Shown here piece by piece: positions 9,182 through 18,281 of a stretch of DNA of 48,161 bases. The notes under the pieces are model-generated. The model did not search any database. It was not told where the DNA came from and saw only the letters and a list, made by a program, of their open reading frames with translations. Origin of the DNA: an uncultured Bacilli bacterium (lineage in GTDB: Bacteria > Bacillota_I > Bacilli_A > RF39 > UBA660). Location of the stretch: contig CALVTC010000003.1 in the NCBI GenBank assembly GCA_944359885.1, forward strand, positions 1 to 48,161. Reading direction: 5' to 3'. Within the stretch, counting starts at the first letter, position 1, and each line of letters starts with the position of its first letter. The position numbers and the translations under genes were made by a program.

Positions 9182-10753
9182 ATGAACGAGAATATTTTTG
9201 ATAAGTTAGACTTTGGACCCTTACGTCCGTTGTTAGATAATGATGATATTACTGATATTTCTTTTGATAATAATGGACAAACCTGGGTACGTTCTCTAAC
9301 GCAAGGTTCTCTCCGCGTTGAGGTTCAGGGATTAACTCCTGAATTTGTTGAGAAATTAGCGTTTCAGTGTTCTAATGTCATGGGTACGACTTTTAATAAC
9401 GCTAAACCATTTTTGGATGCAGAGTCGTCAGAGTTACGTTTGAACTTTGTTCATCCTTCTATTGCGACAAATGGTATTGCTATGGTTATTCGTAAAACGC
9501 CAGCTAAGATTCGTTTGGAGAAGGAGAAGTTATTAAAAGATGATTATTTTACACAAGATATTCATGATATTTTAATTAAGTGTGTTGAAGGACATTGTAA
9601 TATTATTGTCTGTGGAGAAACTGGTTCTGGTAAGACTGAGTTTGTAAAGTATTTAGCAAGTCATACTCGAACGGATGAGAAAATAATTACTATAGAGGAT
9701 ACATTGGAACTTCATTTGGATAAAATATTTCCACAAAGGGATATTGTTGCGATGAAGACAAATAATGTCGCTAGTTATACTGATGTTTTGGTAACTTGTA
9801 TGCGTCAGAATCCTAAATGGATTCTTTTGTCCGAGGTCCGTAGTGCAGAAGCAGTTTCTGCTGTACGTAACTCTATTTCTTCTGGACATAATATCTTATC
9901 TACTATCCATGCGGATAAAGCATCTGCTATTCCTTATCGTATGTATAGTTTGATGGAGACTGATTTGGATGTTAATCAATTTTTAAATACTATTTATCGT
10001 TATATTCAGATTGGTGTTCATATTAAAGCTTATTATAGTAAAGAAAGAGGAAAATTTCATCGTGAAGTAGATGAAGTAGTAGAGTTTTATGTTGATGATA
10101 ATAATGAACCTCAGAGTAGAATTATTTATCAGAAGTTATTTGGACAAGAACCGGTTTTAAGAAAGCCTAGTCCACATTTGATTGAGTATTTAGAAAATCA
10201 AAATATTGATATTAATTCCATTACTGGACATCTTAGTGATGATTTACCTTTCAAAGATGACTTAGAAAGGGAAGAGTATATGGAAAAAAATAAAGATAAT
10301 ACAGAAAATGGACAAGATAATGAAAAGAAAGAAGAAGAGGTAGCTGTTCCAAATGTTAGTAATATTGCTCCTGTTGTTACACCTATTACTTCTTCTGTAA
10401 ATGTTAGTCCATCTAATACTGTTACAGCTAGTAGTATTCCTAATAATCAGGTAGTAGTTCAGACTGTACCAAATAATGTTGATGTTGGTACTAATCCTAA
10501 TATAAATACGGTTGATAGTACAAGTGCTTCTAATGTTTCTACTTCAGTTGTACTTCCTGAAGTAACACCTGTTTTTAATCCGGTTATTAATTCAGTTAGT
10601 AATCCTACTTCTGTAGTAGAAAATCCTATTAATCAATCAATACCAGTACAACCGATTGCTACTGTTGTGGCAAATTCTAGTTCTGATAGTAATACAATAA
10701 ATACTGTACCAAATTCATCCGTTGATTTTTCATCTTTAGGCAGTTTGGAATAG
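9182..10753 (+). CDS. tadA: TadA/CpaF (VirB11 family) pilus assembly ATPase with long low-complexity tail
   Basis: LLDNDDITDI, Walker A GETGSGKT, Asp box TIEDTLEL, RQNP..ILLSEVR, His box STIHA. Confidence 0.9.
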   Translation: MNENIFDKLDFGPLRPLLDNDDITDISFDNNGQTWVRSLTQGSLRVEVQGLTPEFVEKLAFQCSNVMGTTFNNAKPFLDAESSELRLNFVHPSIATNGIAMVIRKTPAKIRLEKEKLLKDDYFTQDIHDILIKCVEGHCNIIVCGETGSGKTEFVKYLASHTRTDEKIITIEDTLELHLDKIFPQRDIVAMKTNNVASYTDVLVTCMRQNPKWILLSEVRSAEAVSAVRNSISSGHNILSTIHADKASAIPYRMYSLMETDLDVNQFLNTIYRYIQIGVHIKAYYSKERGKFHREVDEVVEFYVDDNNEPQSRIIYQKLFGQEPVLRKPSPHLIEYLENQNIDINSITGHLSDDLPFKDDLEREEYMEKNKDNTENGQDNEKKEEEVAVPNVSNIAPVVTPITSSVNVSPSNTVTASSIPNNQVVVQTVPNNVDVGTNPNINTVDSTSASNVSTSVVLPEVTPVFNPVINSVSNPTSVVENPINQSIPVQPIATVVANSSSDSNTINTVPNSSVDFSSLGSLE

Positions 10754-10768
10754 GAAGGGAGTGGATTT

Positions 10769-11671
10769 ATGTATATTGAAGAGTTAATCTTTCTAATTGT
10801 TCTTGTTTTAGCTATCATGCTGTATCGTAATTATAAAGGACAAAATGTTGGGAAATTTATTACCAGTCAAGTACAGACTATTTATGATAAATTTGCTCCT
10901 TATTCTTTTAAAGTAGTACGTGAGAAGACAAAAGAATTAGGTCAAGAATATACTCCTAGGCAATATTTAATCCAAGTTATTATTATGGCATCTTTTACGG
11001 GTGTTGTCAGTTACTTATATTTTTATAATTTATTTATTTCTTTGGTTTACATTATTGTTGTTATTATGTTTATACCGTATTTATCTTATTTACGTTGTAA
11101 GCGTGTTTATAGTGAGTTTATCTTTGAACAAATTCAAGTATATACTTCTAATACTATTATGGAATTTGCAACTACACAATCTTTTGTAAAAGCATTAGAG
11201 GGAGTACGAAATTCAGGAATTTTGGAAGATCCAGTTAAAAGTGATGTGGATCACATGATTGAACTTGCTTATCAGGATGGTAGTATTGATGAGGCCTTAA
11301 ATTATATGAGCCAGTTGTATCCTTATTATATAGTTAAAAATATGCATCAGTTGTTTTTACAGATTACTAAAGAGGGTGCTAGAAATTCTATGGAATCTTT
11401 GGATAATATGCAACTTGATATTGATATGCTTGTAGAAAGTGTATATCGTGATAGAATTGAACGTGCTTCTTTCCATAAATCGTTTTTACAATTTGGTATC
11501 ATGTTATATTTACTTGTTATGTTAACTCAGTATTTATTAGGGCGAGAAACATACTTGGTTATGTTGGAACGATGGTATGTTAAGGTGTTACTACATGGTG
11601 TATTAATCATTAATACTTTCTTCTTATTAAAGGGTGAAAAATATTATAATGAGAATGTAGGTGCTGAGTAA
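10769..11671 (+). CDS. tadB: TadB-like membrane platform protein
   Basis: T2SSF-like topology (TM pair, soluble helical domain, TM pair) directly after tadA. Confidence 0.7.
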   Translation: MYIEELIFLIVLVLAIMLYRNYKGQNVGKFITSQVQTIYDKFAPYSFKVVREKTKELGQEYTPRQYLIQVIIMASFTGVVSYLYFYNLFISLVYIIVVIMFIPYLSYLRCKRVYSEFIFEQIQVYTSNTIMEFATTQSFVKALEGVRNSGILEDPVKSDVDHMIELAYQDGSIDEALNYMSQLYPYYIVKNMHQLFLQITKEGARNSMESLDNMQLDIDMLVESVYRDRIERASFHKSFLQFGIMLYLLVMLTQYLLGRETYLVMLERWYVKVLLHGVLIINTFFLLKGEKYYNENVGAE

Positions 11672-12456
11672 TGGTAGAGATTATTGTAGTTGGTGCTATT
11701 ATTATATTTGTTTTGATTTATAATAATACGATTGATAAAAATAAATTTATTGCTGATAATGAAAAGTATTTTGATATTTTAAGAGAAGATGATTATAACT
11801 TCTTAGTTTATGCTAGATATGGTGAAGAAGTTGATCCTAATATTTTGTTTCGAAAGAGAATTTATTATGCTATTATTGTAGCTGTTGTCTTCTTATTTAT
11901 CTTTTTAAATCAATTGTCATTTTTAAATATTGTATTTTGTATTGTTGTTGCAGCATTAGTATTTAAAATGCCTTATACTCAGTTAAAGTCATTTTATAAA
12001 GCACATTTGCATGATATTGATGTTATGTTGCCATACTATTTAAAGAGTTTGGAAATTTTGATTCAGCATTATACGGTTCCTGTTGCTCTTGGTAAGTCTA
12101 TTGATGATGCTCCAGATATTTTTAAACCAGGACTTCGTCGTTTAATTGAACGAATTAATTCAGGAGATTCTAGTATTGATCCTTATATGGAATTTGCTAA
12201 TACTTATCCAGTAAGAGATTCTATGAGAATGATGCGTTTGTTATATCGTTTGGGACTTGGTTCTCAGGAGAGAAAACAGGAGAGATTAATGATGTTTTCT
12301 AGAACAGTTTCTAACTTACAAAATAAAGCACGTGAGACTAAGTATAAAGAGCGTCTTAATCATATGGAAAGTCAGACTATGGTAATGCTTGTTGTTACTG
12401 GTGCTGGTACAATGGTTGTTATTTTGATTTCTATGATGATGGTCTTTAACATGTAA
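11671..12456 (+). CDS. tadC: TadC-like membrane platform protein
   Basis: Translationally coupled to tadB (TAATG); TM pair, LPYYLKSLEILI..VPVAL T2SSF-like segment, C-terminal TM. Confidence 0.75.
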   Translation: MVEIIVVGAIIIFVLIYNNTIDKNKFIADNEKYFDILREDDYNFLVYARYGEEVDPNILFRKRIYYAIIVAVVFLFIFLNQLSFLNIVFCIVVAALVFKMPYTQLKSFYKAHLHDIDVMLPYYLKSLEILIQHYTVPVALGKSIDDAPDIFKPGLRRLIERINSGDSSIDPYMEFANTYPVRDSMRMMRLLYRLGLGSQERKQERLMMFSRTVSNLQNKARETKYKERLNHMESQTMVMLVVTGAGTMVVILISMMMVFNM

Positions 12457-12472
12457 AGTAGCTGAATTTTTA

Positions 12473-12501
12473 TTGTAAAACTAGATTAATGTTGTTATAA
12501 T
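12473..12501 (+). promoter_or_regulatory. Internal sigmaA promoter for the Flp-like pilin
   Basis: TTGTAA-17-TATAAT with extended -10 TGn. Confidence 0.7.
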
Positions 12502-12540
12502 AATAATGTATATAGAATAAGAAAGGATGTGTATGTTTTC

Positions 12541-12720
12541 ATGAAAGCAGCAACAGGTGAGTTAAACTTAACTGTTATTACTCTTATTGCGATTGCCGCA
12601 ATTATTGGTTTCTTCTGGATTATGTGGCCTACTATTCAGAGTGCTATTAATAAACAATGGGGTAATATTAGTGGTGACTATAATGGTTATGTTATTGTAG
12701 ATCACGTAATTGAAAAATAA
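12541..12720 (+). CDS. Flp-like major pilin with non-canonical N-terminus
   Basis: 59 aa with one hydrophobic helix (MKAATGELNLTVITLIAIAAIIGFFWIMWP) and amphipathic tail; follows tadC; own promoter; RBS gaaagga. Confidence 0.65.
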   Translation: MKAATGELNLTVITLIAIAAIIGFFWIMWPTIQSAINKQWGNISGDYNGYVIVDHVIEK

Positions 12721-12736
12721 AAGGTAGGTGTAGAAG

Positions 12737-13177
12737 ATGCGGGATGCATTTGGAGGTATTGTCAATTTATCAATGATTGTTGTGTTCCTAGTTTTGGTAT
12801 GTGGATATTTAGCATTTAATGTTAATTATACTAAGGCATTCCGTGTCAAAAACTACATTATTACAACGATTGAGCAATATGAGGGTAATTGCGATAATGC
12901 TAGCAGTGCCTGTGCTCAAAAAATTCAACAATATATTAAACAAGTAGGGTATAGTGCACCAGATTTTCAACTTGATGATTATGATACTTGTCATTATGGT
13001 TATTGTATTAAAAGAGTTGATGTAGCGAGTGAAGGTATTAATGAGGGGAATCAGCGATTTTATTATCAGGTTGTTACTCAAATAAATATTGATATTCCAA
13101 TCATTAATAAAATCATGCCTGGTTTAAAGATTTTCCAGATTTCTGGTAATACAAAATTAATAACACCGTTTAAATAG
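12737..13177 (+). CDS. TadE-like minor pilin
   Basis: MRDAFGG plus hydrophobic helix, two Cys pairs, C-terminal beta segment YQVVTQINIDIPII. Confidence 0.6.
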   Translation: MRDAFGGIVNLSMIVVFLVLVCGYLAFNVNYTKAFRVKNYIITTIEQYEGNCDNASSACAQKIQQYIKQVGYSAPDFQLDDYDTCHYGYCIKRVDVASEGINEGNQRFYYQVVTQINIDIPIINKIMPGLKIFQISGNTKLITPFK

Positions 13178-13191
13178 AAGAGGTGACTCTT

Positions 13192-14181
13192 ATGAATGTT
13201 ATTGTTAGTAATGAGCAGCGTAATGTCTTATCAGGATTAGATATTGATATTATTAAGAGCATTTCTGGAGAATATGATGCCGCTGAATTAGTGGAAATGT
13301 TTAAAAACTTTTTTTATAATAAAATGATTTTAGATGTTACCGCAATTAGAGATTTTCATAATATTGCAAATTATCAAACTATTGCCATGGGACTAGATGT
13401 AGAAAAGATTGTATTCTTCTTACCCGAAGGTACAGACGTTTGTACTTCTAGTTTTTTATCTAAACTTGTTTCCATGGGAATTTATAATTTTACAACTAAT
13501 GTAGAGGGAATTAAATATTTACTTCTACATCCTAATACATATAAAGAAGTTGCTCATATTCAACAACTTGGTAATTCTTCCACTACTACTGTCAATGTTC
13601 AAGATAGTAGTGAGAGCTCAACTAAGATTATTGGGGTTAGAAATGTAACAGAACATGCTGGTGCCACTACTTTTATCTATATTTTAAAAAGGGAGTTAAA
13701 ATCTAGATTTGGAGATACTGTTATTGCTTTAGAGATAAATAGAAATGATTTTCAATATTTTGGTGATAAGAATATGATTTCAATTACTGCAGATCAATTG
13801 CAGCCTACTTTGAAACGTTTTCTAGGTGCTAGTTTTATTTTAGTGGATTTAAATGATATCTCTGATGATTCTTTTTGTCACGAGGTGTTGTATTTATTAG
13901 AGCCTTCTACGATTAAACTTAATAAGTTGATGAGAAGAAATCGTAATATTTTTTCAAAACTTCAACAAAAAAAGATTGTTTTGAATAAAAGTTCTCTTAG
14001 TAATAAGGATATTGCAGATTTTGAGTATGAAGCAAAAGTAAAAGTATTTTATAATATGCCTTCTTTAGATGAGAGAAAGAAAAATCCTGTTTTTGATGAT
14101 TTCTTGTCTAGGTTGGGAGTATTTACTAAGAAGGAAGAAAGAAAAGAGACTGGTAAAATTTTTGGTTTATTTCGTAGGTAA
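13192..14181 (+). CDS. TadZ/CpaE-like protein with degenerate MinD/ParA P-loop
   Basis: Receiver-like N-terminal domain, Ser/Thr linker, KIIGVRNVTEHAGATT, ILVDL, IVLNK, amphipathic end KIFGLFRR. Confidence 0.6.
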   Translation: MNVIVSNEQRNVLSGLDIDIIKSISGEYDAAELVEMFKNFFYNKMILDVTAIRDFHNIANYQTIAMGLDVEKIVFFLPEGTDVCTSSFLSKLVSMGIYNFTTNVEGIKYLLLHPNTYKEVAHIQQLGNSSTTTVNVQDSSESSTKIIGVRNVTEHAGATTFIYILKRELKSRFGDTVIALEINRNDFQYFGDKNMISITADQLQPTLKRFLGASFILVDLNDISDDSFCHEVLYLLEPSTIKLNKLMRRNRNIFSKLQQKKIVLNKSSLSNKDIADFEYEAKVKVFYNMPSLDERKKNPVFDDFLSRLGVFTKKEERKETGKIFGLFRR

Positions 14182-14183
14182 TA

Positions 14184-14212
14184 TTGACAATTTTTTAGTT
14201 TTAAGATAATAT
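14184..14212 (+). promoter_or_regulatory. Internal sigmaA promoter for the VirB2-like pilin
   Basis: TTGACA-17-TAATAT upstream of RBS gaaggag. Confidence 0.65.
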
Positions 14213-14236
14213 TGTTGTATTGAAGGAGTTGTTTAT

Positions 14237-14563
14237 ATGAATAATGTATTAAATCAACCTTGCGGTGGATTAGATCCTATTGTAAGAATAATTAAGAAAG
14301 GTGTTTTTCCTATTGTTCAAATTGGTATTCCAATTTTATTAATTGTATTTGGTACTATTGATTTAGGAAAGGCTGTTATTTCTAGTGATGAAAAAGAAGT
14401 AAAACAAGCTCAAAGTCGTTTGATTAAGAGATGTATTTATGCGGCTGCAATTTTCTTTATTGTTACATTAGTTACTTTAATAATGTCTTTAGTTGCGACT
14501 GGTGCAGATAGCAACTCTGGTGATACTGCTGGATGGGCAGAGTGCTGGAATAGTATAGAGTAA
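14237..14563 (+). CDS. VirB2/TrbC-like T4SS pilin
   Basis: 108 aa, two hydrophobic helices separated by a charged loop (KAVISSDEKEVKQAQSRL); Cys near each end; upstream of virB6/B3/B4. Confidence 0.7.
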   Translation: MNNVLNQPCGGLDPIVRIIKKGVFPIVQIGIPILLIVFGTIDLGKAVISSDEKEVKQAQSRLIKRCIYAAAIFFIVTLVTLIMSLVATGADSNSGDTAGWAECWNSIE

Positions 14564-14576
14564 TTTAGTTAATATT

Positions 14577-14605
14577 AAATAGCAAAGTAATTGCTATTTT
14601 TTTTT
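14577..14605 (+). terminator. Intrinsic terminator after the pilin gene, overlapping the next promoter
   Basis: aaatagcaa-agtaa-ttgctattt plus T run; TTGCTA(14591)-17-TATACT(14614) with TGn overlaps it. Confidence 0.7.
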
Positions 14606-14653
14606 AATTCTGCTATACTTATTCTGTATAAATGTTTATATGGAGTGGTGGCA

Positions 14654-15865
14654 ATGAAACAGTTTAAGTTTTCTCTCTTTATTTTTGTCTTCGGATTATT
14701 CTTTTGTATTCCATATAATACAAATGCTTTGGAGAATAAAGTTGTTAGTTGTAATTATCAATTTACTAACGAAAATGGGGAACAAATAGATTTGGTTTAT
14801 GATGTTTTTGCAGATGGAAGTGTTGATCTTCCTTTTACTAATGGTTCTACTTATTTAGATGATGGAAGAGCTTGGTATCATAGTAGTGAATTTTCTTCTA
14901 TTTATTATCAAGTAGCAAAGATTAATAATTTTACTATTACGTGTCCTTCTATTTATGTTCAAGAAAATGAGTTAGGGGTTACTGTATATCCTAATCCTAA
15001 TTTGTCAAAGTTATGTAGTGGACGTTGCTATAATATTACAGCAGCAACTCCAATACTTTCTAGTTGGGCAGAGAAAAACGGAATAGAGTCTAAAAAAGTA
15101 TTATCTACCTGTACCAATTCTAGTATGGGATTTTATAATCGACAAAGTTATGTATTTCCTTATTTTAGACTTTATTCTGATGGTGAAAAAGAATGGAGTA
15201 TTGATGGGAAGAGTTATGTTCCTGTTACTACAGCAATTACTGGTAAAGTAGGAGATGAGTCGTTTTCTATTACAGTAAATGATTCTTTACTTGATGCTGT
15301 CTTTTCTTCTTCTAAAGCTAGTTGTCCAGAACAAATCTATCGATGTGTTACTAAAAGTGAGTCAGGGTATTCTTATGAGCTATCTCGTGATGCTAGTTCT
15401 TGCACGAATGATGAATTAAGTACAGAAGATGGTCAGCAGAGTGGTTCTCTTTACTTAAATACTGCTCTTGGTGATCCTAATAGTGATGATGGTTCAACAG
15501 ATTCATCTACGGATAACTCTGAGTCTGTTGCTGTTGATGACGGTAGCGATAGTGAAAGTAATACTCAACCTTCTAACTGTAATGCAATATTGGGAAGTAC
15601 AACTGATGAAAATTCTGTTGCTTGGTTATTACAAGAAATTTTGAATTATGTTAAAGTTTTAGGACCTATCTTGGTTGTTATTCTTAGTAGTGTAGATTTT
15701 GTTAAGGCAATTATCTCTAACGATGATGAGAGTATGAAAAAGGCAGAAAAGAAATTGATGATTCGTTTGGTTTTAGCGGTTGCATTGTTTTTAATTCCAA
15801 CTTTAGTTATGGCAGTTTTAGATTTGGTTGGTATTACGACAAGTGAAATTTGCGGATTACATTAA
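14654..15865 (+). CDS. Exported Cys-rich domain fused to a C-terminal VirB2-like pilin domain
   Basis: Signal peptide MKQFKF...TNA, Cys-containing domain, Asp/Ser linker, then GPILVVILSSVDFVKAIISNDDESMKKAEKKLMIRL aligning with 14237-14563. Confidence 0.75.
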   Translation: MKQFKFSLFIFVFGLFFCIPYNTNALENKVVSCNYQFTNENGEQIDLVYDVFADGSVDLPFTNGSTYLDDGRAWYHSSEFSSIYYQVAKINNFTITCPSIYVQENELGVTVYPNPNLSKLCSGRCYNITAATPILSSWAEKNGIESKKVLSTCTNSSMGFYNRQSYVFPYFRLYSDGEKEWSIDGKSYVPVTTAITGKVGDESFSITVNDSLLDAVFSSSKASCPEQIYRCVTKSESGYSYELSRDASSCTNDELSTEDGQQSGSLYLNTALGDPNSDDGSTDSSTDNSESVAVDDGSDSESNTQPSNCNAILGSTTDENSVAWLLQEILNYVKVLGPILVVILSSVDFVKAIISNDDESMKKAEKKLMIRLVLAVALFLIPTLVMAVLDLVGITTSEICGLH

Positions 15866-15879
15866 AGGCAGGTGATAAT

Positions 15880-17940
15880 ATGACAGATAATGGAAATGCT
15901 AATACAATTGGTGATTTGTTTAGAAGTTTAGGTGGTGTTCTTAATACTGCTGTTTACTTTTTGCTTGGTATTATGTATCAAATTTTCTTTAATGTTGCTA
16001 GTGCAGAATTGTTTTCTTCACAAACTATTAAAAACTTCTATGGTCGTATTCAATTGATCATTGGAGTTTTTATGGTATTTAAACTTACTGTTTCTATTTT
16101 ACAAGGAATTATTAATCCTGATCAGTTTGTTAATCCCAAAGATGGTTTTGGTAGTATTATCTCAAGAGTGGTAGTTGCTCTTGTATTACTTACAGTACTG
16201 GTTCCTATTAATGTGCCAAATGTAGAGAATGCGAATTCTTTTGAAAAGTATATTAATAACAATGGTATTTTGTTTGGTACATTGTATTCTTTACAAGATC
16301 GTATTTTATCCAATAATACAATTGGTAGATTGATTCTTGGTACTACGGATACTGCGGTTGATAGTGGAAGTGATGCTGATGAAACTGAGAGTGCTAAGCT
16401 ACAAAGATCTTCACGCGTTTTTGCATCTACTATATTAAAAGGTTTTTTAAGAATTAATTTGAAACCTGCCGAGATGCGAGAAGACGATTTGGAAACAAAT
16501 CAGGATAATTGGTATTGTGGTGGTAATTTGGATAGTAATGATCAAACTATCATTGAAGCTTATCAACAATTGGATATTGACCCTAGTTCTTTACTAAGTG
16601 GTGAAGTTATTACGGCAGATTGTCCTGTTAATAATAATATTTTGGATGCTGCTGGTAATATGTTAACAAATGTTCCTGTATTTGGTGGACTTTTTGGTAT
16701 TTTTGCTGGGAATTCTAGGTATTTATTTGCTTTTAACTGGGTAATGGCATTTGTTGTTGGAGCGGTATTTTTAGTTTTATTAGTTCTGTTTACGATTGAT
16801 ATAGCTGTTCGTTCTCTAAAACTTGCGGTTTTACGTTTGATAGCTCCAATTCCTATTATTAGCTATATCGATCCTAAATCGTCAAAGGATGGTGGAATGT
16901 TTTCTTCCTGGGTAAAATCTCTTACATCTACTTATCTTGATTTGTTCTTACGTCTTGCAGTGATTTACTTTGTTATTTTCTTGATTCAAGATATGATTGA
17001 AAATGGTATCGTTATTAACGAGGCTAGTGGAATGGTTGGAATCATGTCATTTATCTTTATTATGCTAGGATTATTCTTCTTTGCTAAAATGGCACCTAAA
17101 TTTATTAAGGATGTACTAGGTATTAAAGGTAGTTCATCATCTAATATTGGTTTGAGTGGTATTTTGGGAGCAACTGGTGCATTTGCTAGTGGCGGTGGAG
17201 TTATGGGAGCTATGGCTGCTGGATTGAGTAGTATGGATATGGCAGCAGATGCTGCAGCACAAGGAAAACAGGCACCACCTGCTTGGCGTTCGGGAGCTAA
17301 CTTGGCTGCACAAATTAAAACTGGTGATCCAAAAGCTAAAGGTGGAGTTATTAATTCTATTAATGATAGATTAATGCGTGGAGCTGGTATAGCTTCAGCT
17401 CGTCGAAGATATGGAGTTACTGCTGCAGGTGTTGCGGCCGCTAAAAGTGATATGTATGCCCAAGAAAATGTATTGGAGCGTATGAAAGATAGATATGATC
17501 GATTTGTTCGTGGTCAGATGGACGAAAATGAAAGGGCTTCTTTGATTTCACAGTATGGTAGTGAAGAAGCTGCCCGTAATCAATTAAGAGCGGATATTGA
17601 AGCTCAAAAGGTTAAATATGGACAGGCTAAAACCAAGTATAATAAAGTTGATAAATTTGCAGATGTTCATAGAATTTCTCCTAGTTTTGAAGAAGAATTT
17701 GGACGAAGCACAAAAGAAAGTATTAGTGATAAATATAATGCTATTCGTCATCCTATTAGAACAGCTCGTAATTATGCTAGTCCTGATAATAGACGTGGAG
17801 AACATGCCAGTTTTGGTGAACGAGTATTTGGAGATAATAAATGGAGTGCTAGCACTACTAATAATACTAATATTAATGACTGGCAAGATAATCCAGATTC
17901 TCATAGAGATACGCCTAGTGCTGGCGGCCCTCCACGTTAG
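15880..17940 (+). CDS. Extended VirB6/TrbL-like T4SS channel protein
   Basis: Polytopic; IDIAVRSLKLAVLRLIAPIPIISYIDP...FSSWVK VirB6-like core; Gly/Ala-rich segment; long hydrophilic C-terminus. Confidence 0.75.
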   Translation: MTDNGNANTIGDLFRSLGGVLNTAVYFLLGIMYQIFFNVASAELFSSQTIKNFYGRIQLIIGVFMVFKLTVSILQGIINPDQFVNPKDGFGSIISRVVVALVLLTVLVPINVPNVENANSFEKYINNNGILFGTLYSLQDRILSNNTIGRLILGTTDTAVDSGSDADETESAKLQRSSRVFASTILKGFLRINLKPAEMREDDLETNQDNWYCGGNLDSNDQTIIEAYQQLDIDPSSLLSGEVITADCPVNNNILDAAGNMLTNVPVFGGLFGIFAGNSRYLFAFNWVMAFVVGAVFLVLLVLFTIDIAVRSLKLAVLRLIAPIPIISYIDPKSSKDGGMFSSWVKSLTSTYLDLFLRLAVIYFVIFLIQDMIENGIVINEASGMVGIMSFIFIMLGLFFFAKMAPKFIKDVLGIKGSSSSNIGLSGILGATGAFASGGGVMGAMAAGLSSMDMAADAAAQGKQAPPAWRSGANLAAQIKTGDPKAKGGVINSINDRLMRGAGIASARRRYGVTAAGVAAAKSDMYAQENVLERMKDRYDRFVRGQMDENERASLISQYGSEEAARNQLRADIEAQKVKYGQAKTKYNKVDKFADVHRISPSFEEEFGRSTKESISDKYNAIRHPIRTARNYASPDNRRGEHASFGERVFGDNKWSASTTNNTNINDWQDNPDSHRDTPSAGGPPR

Positions 17941-17963
17941 AATGAAAGGAAGTGTGATATATA

Positions 17964-18281
17964 GTGAATTATTTAATACCTGCTAATACGAAGAGAGGTC
18001 AATTAATCCTAGGATTATTTCGACCTTTCGATTTGGTTTTATTTTTATCTGGTGTGTTGGTTACTGTTGTGTTACTTGCTTTTATGCCCCTTACCAATAC
18101 CTGGGTAACGATTTTGGTAGTAAGTCCAGCTGTTATCTGTGGTTTTTTGGTGACACCGGTTCCTTATTATCATAATATTTTGAATATTATTGTTGAGATG
18201 TATGAGTATTTTTCTACTCCGCAGACGTATCATTGGAAAGGTTGGTGTTTCATGAATGAAAAAGAAAATCGCAGGAAGTAA
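17964..18281 (+). CDS. VirB3/PrgI-like small membrane protein
   Basis: YLIPAN....ILGLF start, two TM helices, located before virB4. Confidence 0.65.
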   Translation: MNYLIPANTKRGQLILGLFRPFDLVLFLSGVLVTVVLLAFMPLTNTWVTILVVSPAVICGFLVTPVPYYHNILNIIVEMYEYFSTPQTYHWKGWCFMNEKENRRK

